A stretch of DNA of 64,000 nt, taken from NCBI GenBank assembly GCA_041741015.1, contig JBGSKX010000303.1, forward strand, positions 4,539 through 68,538, given 5' to 3'. The stretch is from Pirellulales bacterium. GTDB lineage: Bacteria > Planctomycetota > Planctomycetia > Pirellulales > PALSA-1355. The position numbers and the translations under genes are program-made. Of this stretch, positions 53,781 through 64,000 are shown piece after piece. Numbering within the stretch: the stretch's first letter is position 1; every line of letters begins with the position of its first letter. A model generated the notes under the pieces. The model was given only the letters and a program-made list of their open reading frames with translations. It did not search any database and had not been told where the DNA came from.

Positions 53781-54977
53781 CTAGGTCGCCCGAGTCGCCA
53801 CCAACGACACAGGCTGCTCACCCTCGGGAAGCGGGCATCCGAGTGGCAGGCGATAGTCCAATTCTTCGGAAATGGGAGATTGCCTCCACTGCCAAGCTGT
53901 CAGGGCAGCGCGGCCAAACAAACCGCCGGCAAGCAGGATTCGACCGACTCGATAGCGATGAGTCGCCCAAGCGCTGGTAGCTTGCGTTATCGGACCAATG
54001 TAATCGATCCAGCCGATCGTCTGCTCGGCGAAGAGCTCTTCCAGTAACCGAGAGCGTAGTAAGTGCCCCGGCGAAAGGTCGGCTCGGGATTCGTCGTATC
54101 CAATCTTCAAGGCCGCGCGCACACCACGCGATTGCCAGCCATACTCAAACGCGACCAGTTCACCGCGCAGCCGCAAAGTGGCTATGGCTAACTCGCCGGA
54201 CAGGGCAAGCTCGCATGCTTGGTCGCGAAAGAACTCCCAAGCGAGTGGGTGCTGTAGGACGGCTGTGCCGGCGCGAGCCTTCCAGCTGGCTGCTTCGAGC
54301 CCGAAACACTCGCGCAATAACGGTTCGACTTCTCCCGACTGCAAGTGTTCATGTCGTTCGAGTACCACGCATCCTTGGCGCTCCGCGCGACCGCCAATCA
54401 TGCGCAATTGCCTGCGATGATTGCGAGATCGGCTGCACAAGTACCGTGGCCAGTTTCCATCGACATCGACGAGGGGGACTTGAAATCGTTCGCGAGTGAC
54501 GTGCGTCACGCCCCGGGACTGGACTACCTGCAGCAGATTCTGCAGCGTCTGGCTGGTGAGAATTGCCCCGTCGATGGCGATGATTCCGGGCCGGTGTAAT
54601 TGCAGGCCTTTCAGAAGCTTCTCGCAGACCCTTGGCCCATCTGCGGCCTGATCGACGAGCAATTCGCCCGAGGTTGTCCATTCATTGCCGAGCGTCTGCC
54701 ATTCAGCCAGTGGCCAGCGCCGGCGACTGACGAAGGGCAGGGCTGCCAGCAGCCGGTTGTCGGTTTCAATGGTGATCGCCGAGAAACGTTGGGGCGCAGC
54801 GAATGTACGAGCCCAGAGCGCCAGATGCTCCGCCCTGGACGTGGGCCGGAACGACTGACTGCGTCGCCAGAGATCGTTCCAGCGGCCGGCCTGGCGCAGA
54901 AGCTCGCCAACCGAATTAATTAGGGAAACGTGAAACTGGCCCACGGCTCGACCTGGATGCGTCGTCAAAGAGTGCAA
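53781..54977 (-). CDS. GNAT-family acetyltransferase (BioF2-like / FemAB-like fold)
   Basis: About 400 aa. The C-terminal part, ..LVAFEYGWQSRGVRAALKIGYDESRADLSPGHLL.., is typical of this acetyltransferase family. The start is TTG. Confidence 0.75.
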   Translation of the reverse strand: MHSLTTHPGRAVGQFHVSLINSVGELLRQAGRWNDLWRRSQSFRPTSRAEHLALWARTFAAPQRFSAITIETDNRLLAALPFVSRRRWPLAEWQTLGNEWTTSGELLVDQAADGPRVCEKLLKGLQLHRPGIIAIDGAILTSQTLQNLLQVVQSRGVTHVTRERFQVPLVDVDGNWPRYLCSRSRNHRRQLRMIGGRAERQGCVVLERHEHLQSGEVEPLLRECFGLEAASWKARAGTAVLQHPLAWEFFRDQACELALSGELAIATLRLRGELVAFEYGWQSRGVRAALKIGYDESRADLSPGHLLRSRLLEELFAEQTIGWIDYIGPITQATSAWATHRYRVGRILLAGGLFGRAALTAWQWRQSPISEELDYRLPLGCPLPEGEQPVSLVATRAT

Positions 54978-54984
54978 TCAACCG

Positions 54985-55611
54985 TTACAACTCTAGCTCG
55001 CGAACGACAGCGATGAATTCCGCCAGGATCATACATGTGGCCCCCCAAATTCGCTCGGACTGCCACTTGAAGCACGGTGCACGAAATGCCAGCCCGCGCT
55101 GCCGCCGCTCGACGTGCCCGACCGATTCCGGGGCCAACAGATGCGTGAGTGGGATTTCGAGCAGTCGCTCGACCTCTCGTTGGCTGGGGCTCCAAGTGGG
55201 GCGTGCGGAAACGCACCCGACCCAGGGGGAAATCTGAAAATTGCTTGCGAACAGGTAGAGTGGCGTGAGCGGACCTAGCAGTTTTACATGGTCCGGCGGG
55301 GCCCCCAGTTCCTCGCTATACTCGCGCAGCGCTGCCTGCTGGCTGCTTTCGCCCGTCTCGATCATTCCGCCAGGCAGGCTGACCTGGCCGCCGTGATCGG
55401 GCATATGCAGGGGACGCAGCATCAGGGGGACATGCCAACCGAGTTGTCCCGGGTAGATGAGTAAGAGGACCGCCGCAGGGCGTGCGCCAAGTGGTGTTGG
55501 CCCACGATGCCGGCCGAAGCTTAGCTCCGGTTGAAACGGAGCTTGGCCGCGCCAGCCGGGCAGCGGCTGGGCCAGTCGAGCTTCAAGCATGCTGGGCAGG
55601 TGGTGATTCAA
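54985..55611 (-). CDS. NUDIX hydrolase (CoA-pyrophosphatase-like)
   Basis: The Nudix box is GGMIETGESSQQAALREYSEELG. The start is TTG 55611 or ATG 55590. Confidence 0.85.
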   Translation of the reverse strand: MNHHLPSMLEARLAQPLPGWRGQAPFQPELSFGRHRGPTPLGARPAAVLLLIYPGQLGWHVPLMLRPLHMPDHGGQVSLPGGMIETGESSQQAALREYSEELGAPPDHVKLLGPLTPLYLFASNFQISPWVGCVSARPTWSPSQREVERLLEIPLTHLLAPESVGHVERRQRGLAFRAPCFKWQSERIWGATCMILAEFIAVVRELEL

Positions 55612-55655
55612 CGCTACTGTTCGATTCGTAAGCGGGTGAATTGCCTGGCGATTAT

Positions 55656-57224
55656 TCAGCGCGGTTCGTCCGTGGGCAACTGGTAAACCGCGACGGTCTC
55701 GGTGTCCGGGCCGACGCGCATCAATCCGAGCGACGGATCGGGGCGAGTGACGACGTAGTCTGCACCGTATTTCGCGGCAAGCTCCGAAAGCCTCGCAGAG
55801 CCCAGACTGGCGAGATTGTCTCCCGCCGACGCGCTGGGATCTTGCCCCTCCAGTTCATTCAGGCGTTCCCACCACTCGACGATCGATGCCGCATCCTGCG
55901 GAAGATCCTTTCGCGTAACGACCTCGCCGCGGCCCGAATACCAGCGAAAAGTCTGCGACAGCCGAGGAACGAGAAACACCGTTCCTGATGGGGTTTCCTG
56001 ATTGGCCCAAGCCGCGACCTGACGCCACTCATCCAGATCGACGCGCGGGAGCGTCCAATCCGCTCGCGGCGCAAGATACTCGAGGCGAAAACGCACCGTG
56101 TCTCCCAGATGAAACGTCGCGGTCAATATCGCCGCGGCCAAACCAGTCATGAACCACGGATGTTGCTGCCTATGCCACTGCGCAAGTATGGCCACGAAAA
56201 ACAGACTAACGGCTAGCGGCACCATGACGTCGGCCAGGCGGAACCAATAGAAGCGCAACAAGCCCGCGGCCCAGGTCGGATGCCACCAGGCGACGATCCC
56301 CAACGCAAAGCCCGCGGCGGCAATCAAGATCGCCGCCGCAATGAATGCCCGCAATCGCTGAAGTTCAGCGGTGGCAGGTGCCGATCGCACCAGCCCGACG
56401 AAGGCAATGACGAGCAGCAGATGTCGCGCGATGAACAAAAGTGGGAAGGACTGAGGGAGCAAATGATGTGTCAGGCGGCCATATACATAAATCTGATTTG
56501 CCTGCGCGACGAGTTCAGGGTCGCAGTTCCACGTGAGTGCCAGTGCCGGCCACAGACCACCGAGCGACAGCAGTCCTCCCACGGTTGCCGGCAGGATGAG
56601 CGTGACGAGTGGCGGCCGACGCGGCGTGACGAGCCAGGCGATCGCCGTGGCCAGCACTGCCCAGCCGCCCACGATCACGTGAAGCGCGGCGGCACCGCCG
56701 AAGCAGACCAGTGAGCGTCCCCAACGGTCGCGAACAAGTGCCTCCACTCCCAGCAGGACCAGCACATAGGCGAAACCTTTGGCTTCGAATCCGCCGACAA
56801 CCCATTCGCCGGCCATGTGGACTCGGCTGTTCAGGGTGACGAACAACGCCGCCGAGAGGATGCTGAAGTATCGAGCCGGCACGATGGCCACGCTCAACCG
56901 CCGCCAAGCCCAGGCAAGCAACAGCCAGGTCACGGCCCGACCTATCCAGGCTACCGCCGTCAGCGGCAGCCACAGGGTCATCCAGCCGCTGGCGAGATAG
57001 AACGACGCGTGAGCATCAGCCGTCCCCAGAAAAAAATCACCCGCTGCCCAAGAGGGATCCCAGAAGTGTTTGGCTTTTCCGAGGTAGTGCGGTTCGTTGA
57101 CTTCAGGAGCGGCCCACCCGGCATGGATGAAGAAAACCAGAAAGATCAGGGCGACCTCCATGGCGCAATGCCAGCGAGTTTGCCGCGATTTTTCAGGTTC
57201 CGTTTCGGTCGGCAGGGGCACCAT
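55656..57224 (-). CDS. Hypothetical polytopic membrane protein with a C-terminal soluble domain
   Basis: A 522-aa protein with at least 10 hydrophobic segments and a roughly 130-aa hydrophilic tail. I recognise no motif. Confidence 0.75.
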   Translation of the reverse strand: MVPLPTETEPEKSRQTRWHCAMEVALIFLVFFIHAGWAAPEVNEPHYLGKAKHFWDPSWAAGDFFLGTADAHASFYLASGWMTLWLPLTAVAWIGRAVTWLLLAWAWRRLSVAIVPARYFSILSAALFVTLNSRVHMAGEWVVGGFEAKGFAYVLVLLGVEALVRDRWGRSLVCFGGAAALHVIVGGWAVLATAIAWLVTPRRPPLVTLILPATVGGLLSLGGLWPALALTWNCDPELVAQANQIYVYGRLTHHLLPQSFPLLFIARHLLLVIAFVGLVRSAPATAELQRLRAFIAAAILIAAAGFALGIVAWWHPTWAAGLLRFYWFRLADVMVPLAVSLFFVAILAQWHRQQHPWFMTGLAAAILTATFHLGDTVRFRLEYLAPRADWTLPRVDLDEWRQVAAWANQETPSGTVFLVPRLSQTFRWYSGRGEVVTRKDLPQDAASIVEWWERLNELEGQDPSASAGDNLASLGSARLSELAAKYGADYVVTRPDPSLGLMRVGPDTETVAVYQLPTDEPR

Positions 57225-57345
57225 GGTCGCTAAAGCCTACCCTGAACCCCTTACTGTACACCAGGGTCGGAATCGCCGCAGCCCGAGGCACATTGACCGT
57301 CTTGCGGCCCTTGCGTGCCCATTCGTCCGAGCCCTATATTCCGAG

Positions 57346-57364
57346 TTGCCGCTAGTTGCGGCAA
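57346..57364. promoter_or_regulatory. Inverted repeat (candidate operator) upstream of prpB
   Basis: TTGCCGC-tagtt-GCGGCAA has 7-bp arms and lies 26 nt upstream of the prpB ATG. Confidence 0.3.
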
Positions 57365-57389
57365 GACCTTCTATTGCAAAGGAATTCGA

Positions 57390-58277
57390 ATGGCGCGCGA
57401 GTCTGCCGGCAAAAAGCTCCGAGAGGCGGTGGCTGAATCCACGATTCAGGTTCCCGGCGCGTTCAATGCGCTCGTCGCCAAGATGATCGAACAGGCTGGC
57501 TTCGACGCGATGTATCTCTCCGGCGCGGCATTCTCAGTTGGCACATTCGGCCTACCTGACGTGGGGCTGTTCACCCTGACAGAACTGGCACAGCAAACCG
57601 GGTACATCACGCGAAGAGTCCAGGTTCCATTAATTGTCGACGCCGATACGGGGTTCGGCGCGGCAGTGAATGTTGAGCGGACGATTGTCGAACTTGAGTC
57701 TGCCGGAGCCGCCGGCATCCAGCTCGAAGATCAAGTGCTTCCCAAGCGGTGCGGGCACCTTTCGGGCAAGGGCTTGGTAGATGTAAACGAAATGTGCGCG
57801 AAACTACGTGCTGCCGCTGCTGCACGTGATGACTCCGATTTGGTGCTCGTCGCGCGGACCGATGCTCGTGGGGTAGAGGGCTTGGACGAGGCAATCGAGC
57901 GGGCCAAGCGCTACTTGGATTCGGGTGCTGATTGGATTTTCCCCGAGGCGTTGCGCGACGCGGGCGAGTTTGAAAAGTTTGCCGAGGCGATTGAAGCTCC
58001 GCTGATTGCGAACATGACCGAGTTTGGTCAGAGTCCGCTACTGACGCTCGACGAACTTGCCGACTTGGGATTCGCGGCGGTCTTGTATCCGGTGACGGTT
58101 TTCCGCACCGCGATGCGGGCCGTAGAAGCGTCGTTGGCCGTGATCGCCGCCGAAGGGACTCAGCGGGAACTGCTGGACCTGATGCAGACCCGGCAAGAGC
58201 TCTATGATCTGATAGGATACAGCGACTACGAAGCCCGAGATCGAGCCTATTTTTCGGGCGAGTCTCCCGGCGAATAG
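57390..58277 (+). CDS. prpB: Methylisocitrate lyase
   Basis: ICL/PEP-mutase family motifs are present: IVDADTGFG, QLEDQVLPKRCGH (the K-R-C-G-H signature) and ARTDA. AAAGGA lies upstream of ATG 57390. Confidence 0.9.
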   Translation: MARESAGKKLREAVAESTIQVPGAFNALVAKMIEQAGFDAMYLSGAAFSVGTFGLPDVGLFTLTELAQQTGYITRRVQVPLIVDADTGFGAAVNVERTIVELESAGAAGIQLEDQVLPKRCGHLSGKGLVDVNEMCAKLRAAAAARDDSDLVLVARTDARGVEGLDEAIERAKRYLDSGADWIFPEALRDAGEFEKFAEAIEAPLIANMTEFGQSPLLTLDELADLGFAAVLYPVTVFRTAMRAVEASLAVIAAEGTQRELLDLMQTRQELYDLIGYSDYEARDRAYFSGESPGE

Positions 58278-58331
58278 TTTCGCAAGAACCAACCTGCCAA
58301 CTGATGCAATTCCTAAGAAAGGTTCGGACCC

Positions 58332-59450
58332 ATGGCGGAACCAGTTTATAGTCCCGGACTGGAAGGCGTGATCGCAGGCGAGACTGCGATCAGCACGATT
58401 GCCGGTGGCCTTCAGTATCGCGGATACTCGATCGAGGACTTGGCCGCGCACGCGACATTTGAAGAAGTCGCGATGCTGCTACTTCACGGCGAGTTGCCAA
58501 ATTCGGATGCCTTGGCCGCCTTCCGCAAACGCCTCATCGAGCACGCATCGATACCGCAGCCGCTGGTTGACTTGCTGGCCAAAATTCCAGCCGGCGTAGC
58601 GATGATGGACATCATGCGGACCAGTGCGAGTGCGCTGGCCCATTGGGATTCGGACACACCGAAGAATGGCCACGATGCGAATCTGCGGAAGGCGGAGCAT
58701 CTCTTGGTGCAGCTTCCGATTGCGATGGCTGCCCGACATCGGCTGGCGCAAGGCAAGCAGCCGGTGCCTTACAATCCTGAGCTCTCGCTGGCCGGAAACA
58801 TTCTTTGGATGCTGTTCGATAAAGCTCCGTCCGAGCGGCTAATCAAAGCGATGGATGTGTCGCTGATCCTGTATGCTGAGCACGAGTACAACGCTTCGAC
58901 GTTCGCTGCTCGAGTCGTAAGCTCAACGCTTTCCGATATGCACTCGGCGGTGACCGCTGCGATTGGAGCGCTCAAGGGGCCGCTGCACGGCGGCGCCAAC
59001 GAGGCCGTGATGGATGTATTGGCCGAAGTCGGATCGGCGGATCGCGCAGAGGCCTGGATTCGCGACGCTCTGGCAAACAAACGCCGCATCATGGGCTTCG
59101 GACATCGTGTCTACAAGACCGGCGATCCGCGGGCGACTTACCTGCGCACACTGTGCCGCGAATTGGCCGAGGAGACCGGCAACCAGGACATGGAAAAGAT
59201 GGCGGACACGATCGAGACGATCGTAACCACAGAAAAGAAACTGCCGCCGAATTTGGATTGGCCAAGCGCCAGGCTATATCACTACATGGGACTCGACGTT
59301 GACCTGTACACGCCGCTGTTTGTGGTGAGCCGGGTCGTCGGCTGGAGTGCCCACGTGATCGAACAGCTCGACAACAACCGTCTGATTCGTCCTAGAGCGA
59401 ACTATACCGGGCCAGAAGCGCGGGTCTGGGTGCCGGTGGAAAAGCGATAA
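58332..59450 (+). CDS. prpC: 2-methylcitrate synthase / type II citrate synthase
   Basis: The citrate synthase signature GFGHRVYKTGDPR is present, and the length is 372 aa. The gene follows prpB immediately. Confidence 0.88.
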   Translation: MAEPVYSPGLEGVIAGETAISTIAGGLQYRGYSIEDLAAHATFEEVAMLLLHGELPNSDALAAFRKRLIEHASIPQPLVDLLAKIPAGVAMMDIMRTSASALAHWDSDTPKNGHDANLRKAEHLLVQLPIAMAARHRLAQGKQPVPYNPELSLAGNILWMLFDKAPSERLIKAMDVSLILYAEHEYNASTFAARVVSSTLSDMHSAVTAAIGALKGPLHGGANEAVMDVLAEVGSADRAEAWIRDALANKRRIMGFGHRVYKTGDPRATYLRTLCRELAEETGNQDMEKMADTIETIVTTEKKLPPNLDWPSARLYHYMGLDVDLYTPLFVVSRVVGWSAHVIEQLDNNRLIRPRANYTGPEARVWVPVEKR

Positions 59451-59552
59451 TTCGTTGCGCAACCGGTGGTAGATTGCCGTTTAGGGGACCAGAACCTAGA
59501 CTTGGGAGGCGTTGATCCATTCCCAACCGGCTTCGAAGCGGATCCAGCACCT

Positions 59553-59903
59553 ATGAGCCTGGCAGAGTTCTTTCGATTCTGGACCGAGAGCCTCGAGCGT
59601 GGCGCGAGTGTGAAGAACGTGTTTGGCGAGCCCATTGAAGTTCAGGGACGAACGCTGGTGCCGGTGGCACGCGTTGCCTATGGATTCGGAGCAGGTCGTG
59701 GTCACGGAAAAGGCGACGAAGCCAAGAAGCACGCCGATGAAGAAGATGGGGGCGGAGGCGGTGGCGCGTCGTCGAAGCCCATCGGCGTATTGGAAGTAAG
59801 CGACCAAGGCACGCGATTCATTGCCACGCGGGACAACGGTCGCCTGTACGCGGGCATTGCCGCCGGCTTTCTGGTGGGCATGTGGCTGGCTCGCCGCCGC
59901 TAA
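59553..59903 (+). CDS. YtfJ/GerW-family protein
   Basis: FGEPIEVQGRTLVPVARVAYGFGAGRG..GGGGGG..KPIGVLEV matches the family pattern. A C-terminal hydrophobic helix is present. Confidence 0.75.
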   Translation: MSLAEFFRFWTESLERGASVKNVFGEPIEVQGRTLVPVARVAYGFGAGRGHGKGDEAKKHADEEDGGGGGGASSKPIGVLEVSDQGTRFIATRDNGRLYAGIAAGFLVGMWLARRR

Positions 59904-59919
59904 CAGCGCTTTGCAAATT

Positions 59920-60882
59920 TCAGAACGGCAGCGCTTCGCCGGCACCGGCCAGCTTGGCACGTTCGAAAACCTTCGCGCCCAAGGCTATGTCCTCGAGCGC
60001 GATTCCGACCGACTTGAATAGTGCGATGCTGTCGCGAGAATTGCGCGCCGTGGCTCTACCGACGACAACATCAGCAAGTTCAACTGCTCGTTTCCAGTCG
60101 AAGACGCCCTTCTCTAGAGAATCGACAAAATCGCCCGCTTCTTGCTGGCAGGCCTTGATGCTGTCGCACACGATATTGTCGGCGCGACGCACGACCGTCG
60201 AATCGATTTCGGCCCTTCGCAGCCAGTTCGATCCAACCGCACACACAAGGGTTCCTTCGGCGAGCCAATTGCCGTCGAACACCGGCTCGCGACTGGTGGT
60301 CGCGGTGACGACAATTGGTAGATCTTCGGCGGCTTCCTGCGGACGGTCCACGGGCCGAACCTCGAAACCAAGCTTCTCTGACATCCGATCGGCGAACGCC
60401 ACACGTTTTTGTTCGTCGCGGCTGTAAACGTAAGCCACTTTGAGCGGCCGAGCTCTTGAGACGGCGAGCAATTGCGATTCCGCCTGCCAGCCAGCCCCAA
60501 ACAGGCCGACTTCTGTCGCCTCGGGCCATGCCATCAACTCTACGGCGATTGCCGTCGTTGCGCCCGTGCGGAGTTGGCCCAGGCGATCGGCTTCGATCAG
60601 GGCCAGCAACATTCCCTCGGAATCGTACAGGCCAACGAGAAACTTCGCACCGCTGCGCGTGGTGGTATACGACTTCCAGCCCAGAAGGCCCAAATATCCT
60701 GCAGCGCCTGACATGTTGTGAAGGATGACGCCTGACGCTTGCACGCGATGCCTGGGAATATGCTCGGCTTCGCCCGCGGCTAAATGGCGAAACATCTCCT
60801 TGCAGGATTCAATCGCTACGTCGATGTCGACCAGTCGCTCGACATCGGCTTCGCGCAAGTAGAGAGCAGGCATATTGAGCAT
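59920..60882 (-). CDS. Ornithine cyclodeaminase / mu-crystallin family protein
   Basis: ..LGQLRTGATTAIAVELMA.., the Rossmann motif VGLFGAGWQA and the 320-aa length all fit the family. Confidence 0.88.
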   Translation of the reverse strand: MLNMPALYLREADVERLVDIDVAIESCKEMFRHLAAGEAEHIPRHRVQASGVILHNMSGAAGYLGLLGWKSYTTTRSGAKFLVGLYDSEGMLLALIEADRLGQLRTGATTAIAVELMAWPEATEVGLFGAGWQAESQLLAVSRARPLKVAYVYSRDEQKRVAFADRMSEKLGFEVRPVDRPQEAAEDLPIVVTATTSREPVFDGNWLAEGTLVCAVGSNWLRRAEIDSTVVRRADNIVCDSIKACQQEAGDFVDSLEKGVFDWKRAVELADVVVGRATARNSRDSIALFKSVGIALEDIALGAKVFERAKLAGAGEALPF

Positions 60883-60984
60883 CCCTCACGTCTTGACTGC
60901 AAGTGAGCATCACCCAGCGAAACCAACTTTCAGGCGACAGTCTGACGACGCAGCCAGATCTGCTGGCTCACCGACAACAGCATT

Positions 60985-62520
60985 CTACCGGTTTTCGAGC
61001 GCCGCGATCTGCTTGAATTCCTCTTTCAGGCAGCGGTACAGATTCTGATATGTCGGAAATGCCGCGTCGTGGTACTTCTTGGCGGCTTTGTTGGGCGGCG
61101 TTTCCTTAACCACGCGAATCGTCGCGGCGCAGGCCTCTTCGACGTTCTTGTACGCGCCAGCGCCGACCGCGGCCAGCAGCGCCACACCGTAGGCTGGCCC
61201 CTCTTCAGCGTTGATTGTCGCCACTTTCTGGCCGAATACATCCGCCTGTATCTGTCGCCAGAGGAGATTCTTCGAACCCCCACCCGAACCGCGAATCTGC
61301 CGGACCGGTACGTTCAGGTTCTGGATGATCTCCAGGCTGTCACGCATGGCGTAGCTCACACCTTCCATAATCGCACGCACCATGTGTCCACGCGTGTGAG
61401 CCAGCGTGAGACCGATGAAGCAGGCCCGGGCATCCGGATCGGCGTGCGGCGTGCGTTCTCCCGAAAGGTAGGGCAGGAAGAACAGCCCCTCACTGCCCGG
61501 CTGGATCTTTCCCGCTTCGGCTGAGAGAGTCTGATAGGGGTCGACCTGCGTGCGTTTCATGGCCGCAATCTCGGCCTGGCACAGCTGGTTACGGAACCAT
61601 TGGAAGCAGCCGCCGCCGGACAGGCTGACTCCCATCATGTGCCATTTACCGCGTACGGCATGGCAGAACGTATGCAGGCGCCCCAGTGGATCAACTTCGA
61701 CCGTATCGCTGTGCACGAACATGATCCCCGACGTACCGATCGAGGTACTGAGCGTTCCGCGGCTGACAATACCGTTGCCCACGGCGCCCGCGGCGCAATC
61801 GCCTGCTCCGCCAACCACGACGCACTCCGTCGACAGCCCAAGTTCCTTTGCGGCCTCGCGAGTGAGGTTGCCGGTCACATCTTCCGACTCATAGCACTTG
61901 GCAAACAGATCGCGATCGAGTTCAAGCTTGCTGAGTAACTCTGACGACCAATCTCGCTTGGCAACGTTTAGCAGGAGCATGCCGCTGGCATCGCTCACGT
62001 CGGTGGCATACTCGCCAGTCATGCGACGTCGCACGTCGTCCTTGGGCAGCAGAATTTTCACGGTCTTCGCGAAGTTCTTTGGCTCACGGTTGCGAAGCCA
62101 TAGAATCTTTGGTGCGGTAAAGCCGGTGAGCGCAGGATTGGCGACCATCCGAATGAGCTCCGCGCGTCCGCCCGCGCGTTTCTCCAATTCATCGCATTCG
62201 GCCGCGGTCCGCTGATCGTTCCAGAGCAGAGCCGGTCGAATGATACGATTCTGCTTGTCGAGAAATACCGAGCCGTGCATTTGGCCTGAGAGGCCGATCG
62301 CCTTCACGTCGGCCGGCTTGAGCTTGGCCGTTTTGACGACCGCCTTCACGGTTTTCACCGTGGCTTGCCACCAATCGTCCGGATTCTGCTCGCTCCAGAG
62401 CGGCTTTGGGTGATACGACGGATAGAGGCTCGTCGCTTCACCCAGAATCTTGCCGCGCTCGTTGATGGCGAGCGTTTTGGTGCCCGAAGTGCCGATGTCG
62501 ATTCCCAGGAAAATGCTCAT
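60985..62520 (-). CDS. xylB: Xylulokinase (FGGY carbohydrate kinase)
   Basis: ATG at 62520 gives [22 protein letters not shown] motifs ..SGQMHGSV.. and ..GGGSKN.. are present. Confidence 0.9.
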   Translation of the reverse strand: MSIFLGIDIGTSGTKTLAINERGKILGEATSLYPSYHPKPLWSEQNPDDWWQATVKTVKAVVKTAKLKPADVKAIGLSGQMHGSVFLDKQNRIIRPALLWNDQRTAAECDELEKRAGGRAELIRMVANPALTGFTAPKILWLRNREPKNFAKTVKILLPKDDVRRRMTGEYATDVSDASGMLLLNVAKRDWSSELLSKLELDRDLFAKCYESEDVTGNLTREAAKELGLSTECVVVGGAGDCAAGAVGNGIVSRGTLSTSIGTSGIMFVHSDTVEVDPLGRLHTFCHAVRGKWHMMGVSLSGGGCFQWFRNQLCQAEIAAMKRTQVDPYQTLSAEAGKIQPGSEGLFFLPYLSGERTPHADPDARACFIGLTLAHTRGHMVRAIMEGVSYAMRDSLEIIQNLNVPVRQIRGSGGGSKNLLWRQIQADVFGQKVATINAEEGPAYGVALLAAVGAGAYKNVEEACAATIRVVKETPPNKAAKKYHDAAFPTYQNLYRCLKEEFKQIAALENR

Positions 62521-62745
62521 TCGTTGCCGTACCGATGGGGACGATGTTGGTATTGTGGAAGCGCGAACTTGGCGGCTTGGCCGGATTGTAACGCAGCCTC
62601 TTGGCGGGTCGCAACCGACCGAGCGGGCCTTCCTGGGGCGGCATTTGACCTCGCTCACGTGCAGAACCTACGATGCAAGGGTAGCGTATTAGACGTTCGC
62701 CTTCGAAGTGCAATCGGCGGTCAGGAAAAATCGCCCGCCAAGCTC

Positions 62746-64000
62746 ATGAAATGTACGCAATTCATCATCCGTTGCTGCCTCTGCGGAACGACACTGCTTG
62801 CCCTGATCATCTTGGGATGCGCTCCCGAGAAACCGTCTGAAGTGCCAGTGGCGATCGCCGCTAAGTCCGGTTCTGGAATAAGACTGTTGGTCGTTGATGA
62901 TCCGCAGATGGCGACAGCGATCGAAGCCTTGCGAGCCGAATGGGAGGCCCGTACTGGGAGTGAGCTGACGATCACGCAAGCCACTGTGAGCGAAGCCATT
63001 GGCGGTCAGGGACCGCCGGCGGCCGATGCGATCATTTACCCTTCGCGCCTGCTAGGAACGCTGATCGAAAGTCAAAGCATCACGTCGCTTCCTGCAGACT
63101 ATGCAACGAACCACGAGCTGGCCTGGAGTGATACTTTCGAGCTGCTGCAGATCGCCGAGACAACGTGGGCGCGTGAGCCACATGCCGTGCCTTTCGGCTC
63201 ACCGGTGCTCACGCTGTACGCTCGAAGTGATCTATTGGAAGCCGCACGTAAAGAACTGCCGCGAGATTGGCACGCATATCACGAACTTGCTGATCTACTC
63301 GGTCGACGCGAGAATCTACATGCCGAGGCCCCGCCCGCGAGTTCGCCCTGGCAGGGCTCGCTGCAGCCGCTGGCCGAAGGCTGGGCCGGCCGAGTGCTCC
63401 TGGCTCGCGCCGCCCCGTACGTCAAGCATCGCGATCACTTCTCCGCGCTGTTTGATATCGAAACGATGGAACCGCTGATAGCTGGAGATGGGTTTGTCCG
63501 CGCGCTGGAAGAGCTGGTGGCTGACTACAAACTCGGTACGCCCGATCAAATTGAGATGGATCCCGCTGCGGTAAGAGAGGCGTTTCTCGCAGGGCAGTCG
63601 GCTCTGGCGATTGCCTGGCCCGCCCACGCTGATGAACCTGCGCCGCCCAGTCACGTCGCAACCGTGTTTGCCGAGCTTCCTGGGGCAGGCGTAGTCTTTA
63701 ACTTCGCCGACAAAAGCTGGGAGAAACGCCAGGATCAGGAAAGTCCTCACGTAACAACGTTGGGACTTGGTGGTCGTCTGGGATCAGTCACGCCAATGGC
63801 CTCTCATCCGCAGCAAGCGCTGCAATTGTTGGCGTGGTTGAGCGGTCGCGAGTGGGGCGTGAGGGTGTCGATCGCAAGCCGTGCCACGACGCTTTATCGC
63901 CGTTCGCAGATGCGTACGCCACTTCCCTGGGTCGATGCGGGAACAGATGTATCTGCCGCTGCAGCGTATGCCAGCAGCGTTCAGGCCGCGCTCAGTCGAC
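62746..64000 (+). CDS. Extracellular solute-binding lipoprotein (ABC-type sugar-binding family 1-like), 3'-partial at the window end
   Basis: I translated the frame by hand from ATG 62746 and it stays open to the window end. It is absent from the ORF track because it has no stop. The N-terminus MKCTQFIIRCCLCGTTLLALIILGC has a lipobox. It is divergent from xylB. Confidence 0.75.
   Translation, partial: MKCTQFIIRCCLCGTTLLALIILGCAPEKPSEVPVAIAAKSGSGIRLLVVDDPQMATAIEALRAEWEARTGSELTITQATVSEAIGGQGPPAADAIIYPSRLLGTLIESQSITSLPADYATNHELAWSDTFELLQIAETTWAREPHAVPFGSPVLTLYARSDLLEAARKELPRDWHAYHELADLLGRRENLHAEAPPASSPWQGSLQPLAEGWAGRVLLARAAPYVKHRDHFSALFDIETMEPLIAGDGFVRALEELVADYKLGTPDQIEMDPAAVREAFLAGQSALAIAWPAHADEPAPPSHVATVFAELPGAGVVFNFADKSWEKRQDQESPHVTTLGLGGRLGSVTPMASHPQQALQLLAWLSGREWGVRVSIASRATTLYRRSQMRTPLPWVDAGTDVSAAAAYASSVQAALSR

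Noticed and set aside
53570-53781. Integrase, prophage or att repeat around tRNA-Ala
   Set aside because: There is no integrase-like ORF on either side. I could not find a repeat of the tRNA 3' half in the window. Only the gene fragments reported above are present.

Overview
High-GC bacterial chromosomal DNA. The gene families suggest Planctomycetota, Pirellulales-like (inference): a PEP-CTERM protein, a Tat-signal Gfo/Idh/MocA oxidoreductase, zinc-ribbon membrane proteins, BNR/PQQ propellers and RAYT-type transposase-like genes. I support about 55 CDS, one tRNA-Ala(CGC), three hairpin terminators, several REP-like repeats and four decayed genes. Most of the window is housekeeping: purQ, a fused purS-purS-purL, tyrA, aroA, mutS, rsgA, hflX, prpB/prpC, xylB, a cold-shock gene and a pseudouridine synthase. 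There is also a sialidase / AGE-epimerase / MFS cluster. The only clearly accessory stretch is about 6.1-12.4 kb. It holds a RAYT 3' remnant, a lower-GC penicillin/AHL-acylase-family gene and a higBA toxin-antitoxin pair lying between REP doublets. It also holds an intact RAYT gene bounded by perfect 21-nt inverted repeats, followed by 0.8 kb of repeat-bearing non-coding DNA. I found no CRISPR array, prophage, integrase or recognisable multi-gene defence system, and no convincing wholly novel system. The best leads are: (1) the REP/RAYT/higBA nesting; (2) a deletion scar fusing two 5'-truncated genes next to tRNA-Ala; (3) a GT2 / polytopic GT-C-like / flippase-like trio; (4) an orphan flavin-dependent-halogenase-like gene; (5) the PurS-PurS-PurL fusion with separate PurQ. 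All functions come from reading the supplied translations for motifs, with no searches run. Start codons are my choices and may be off by tens of nucleotides.
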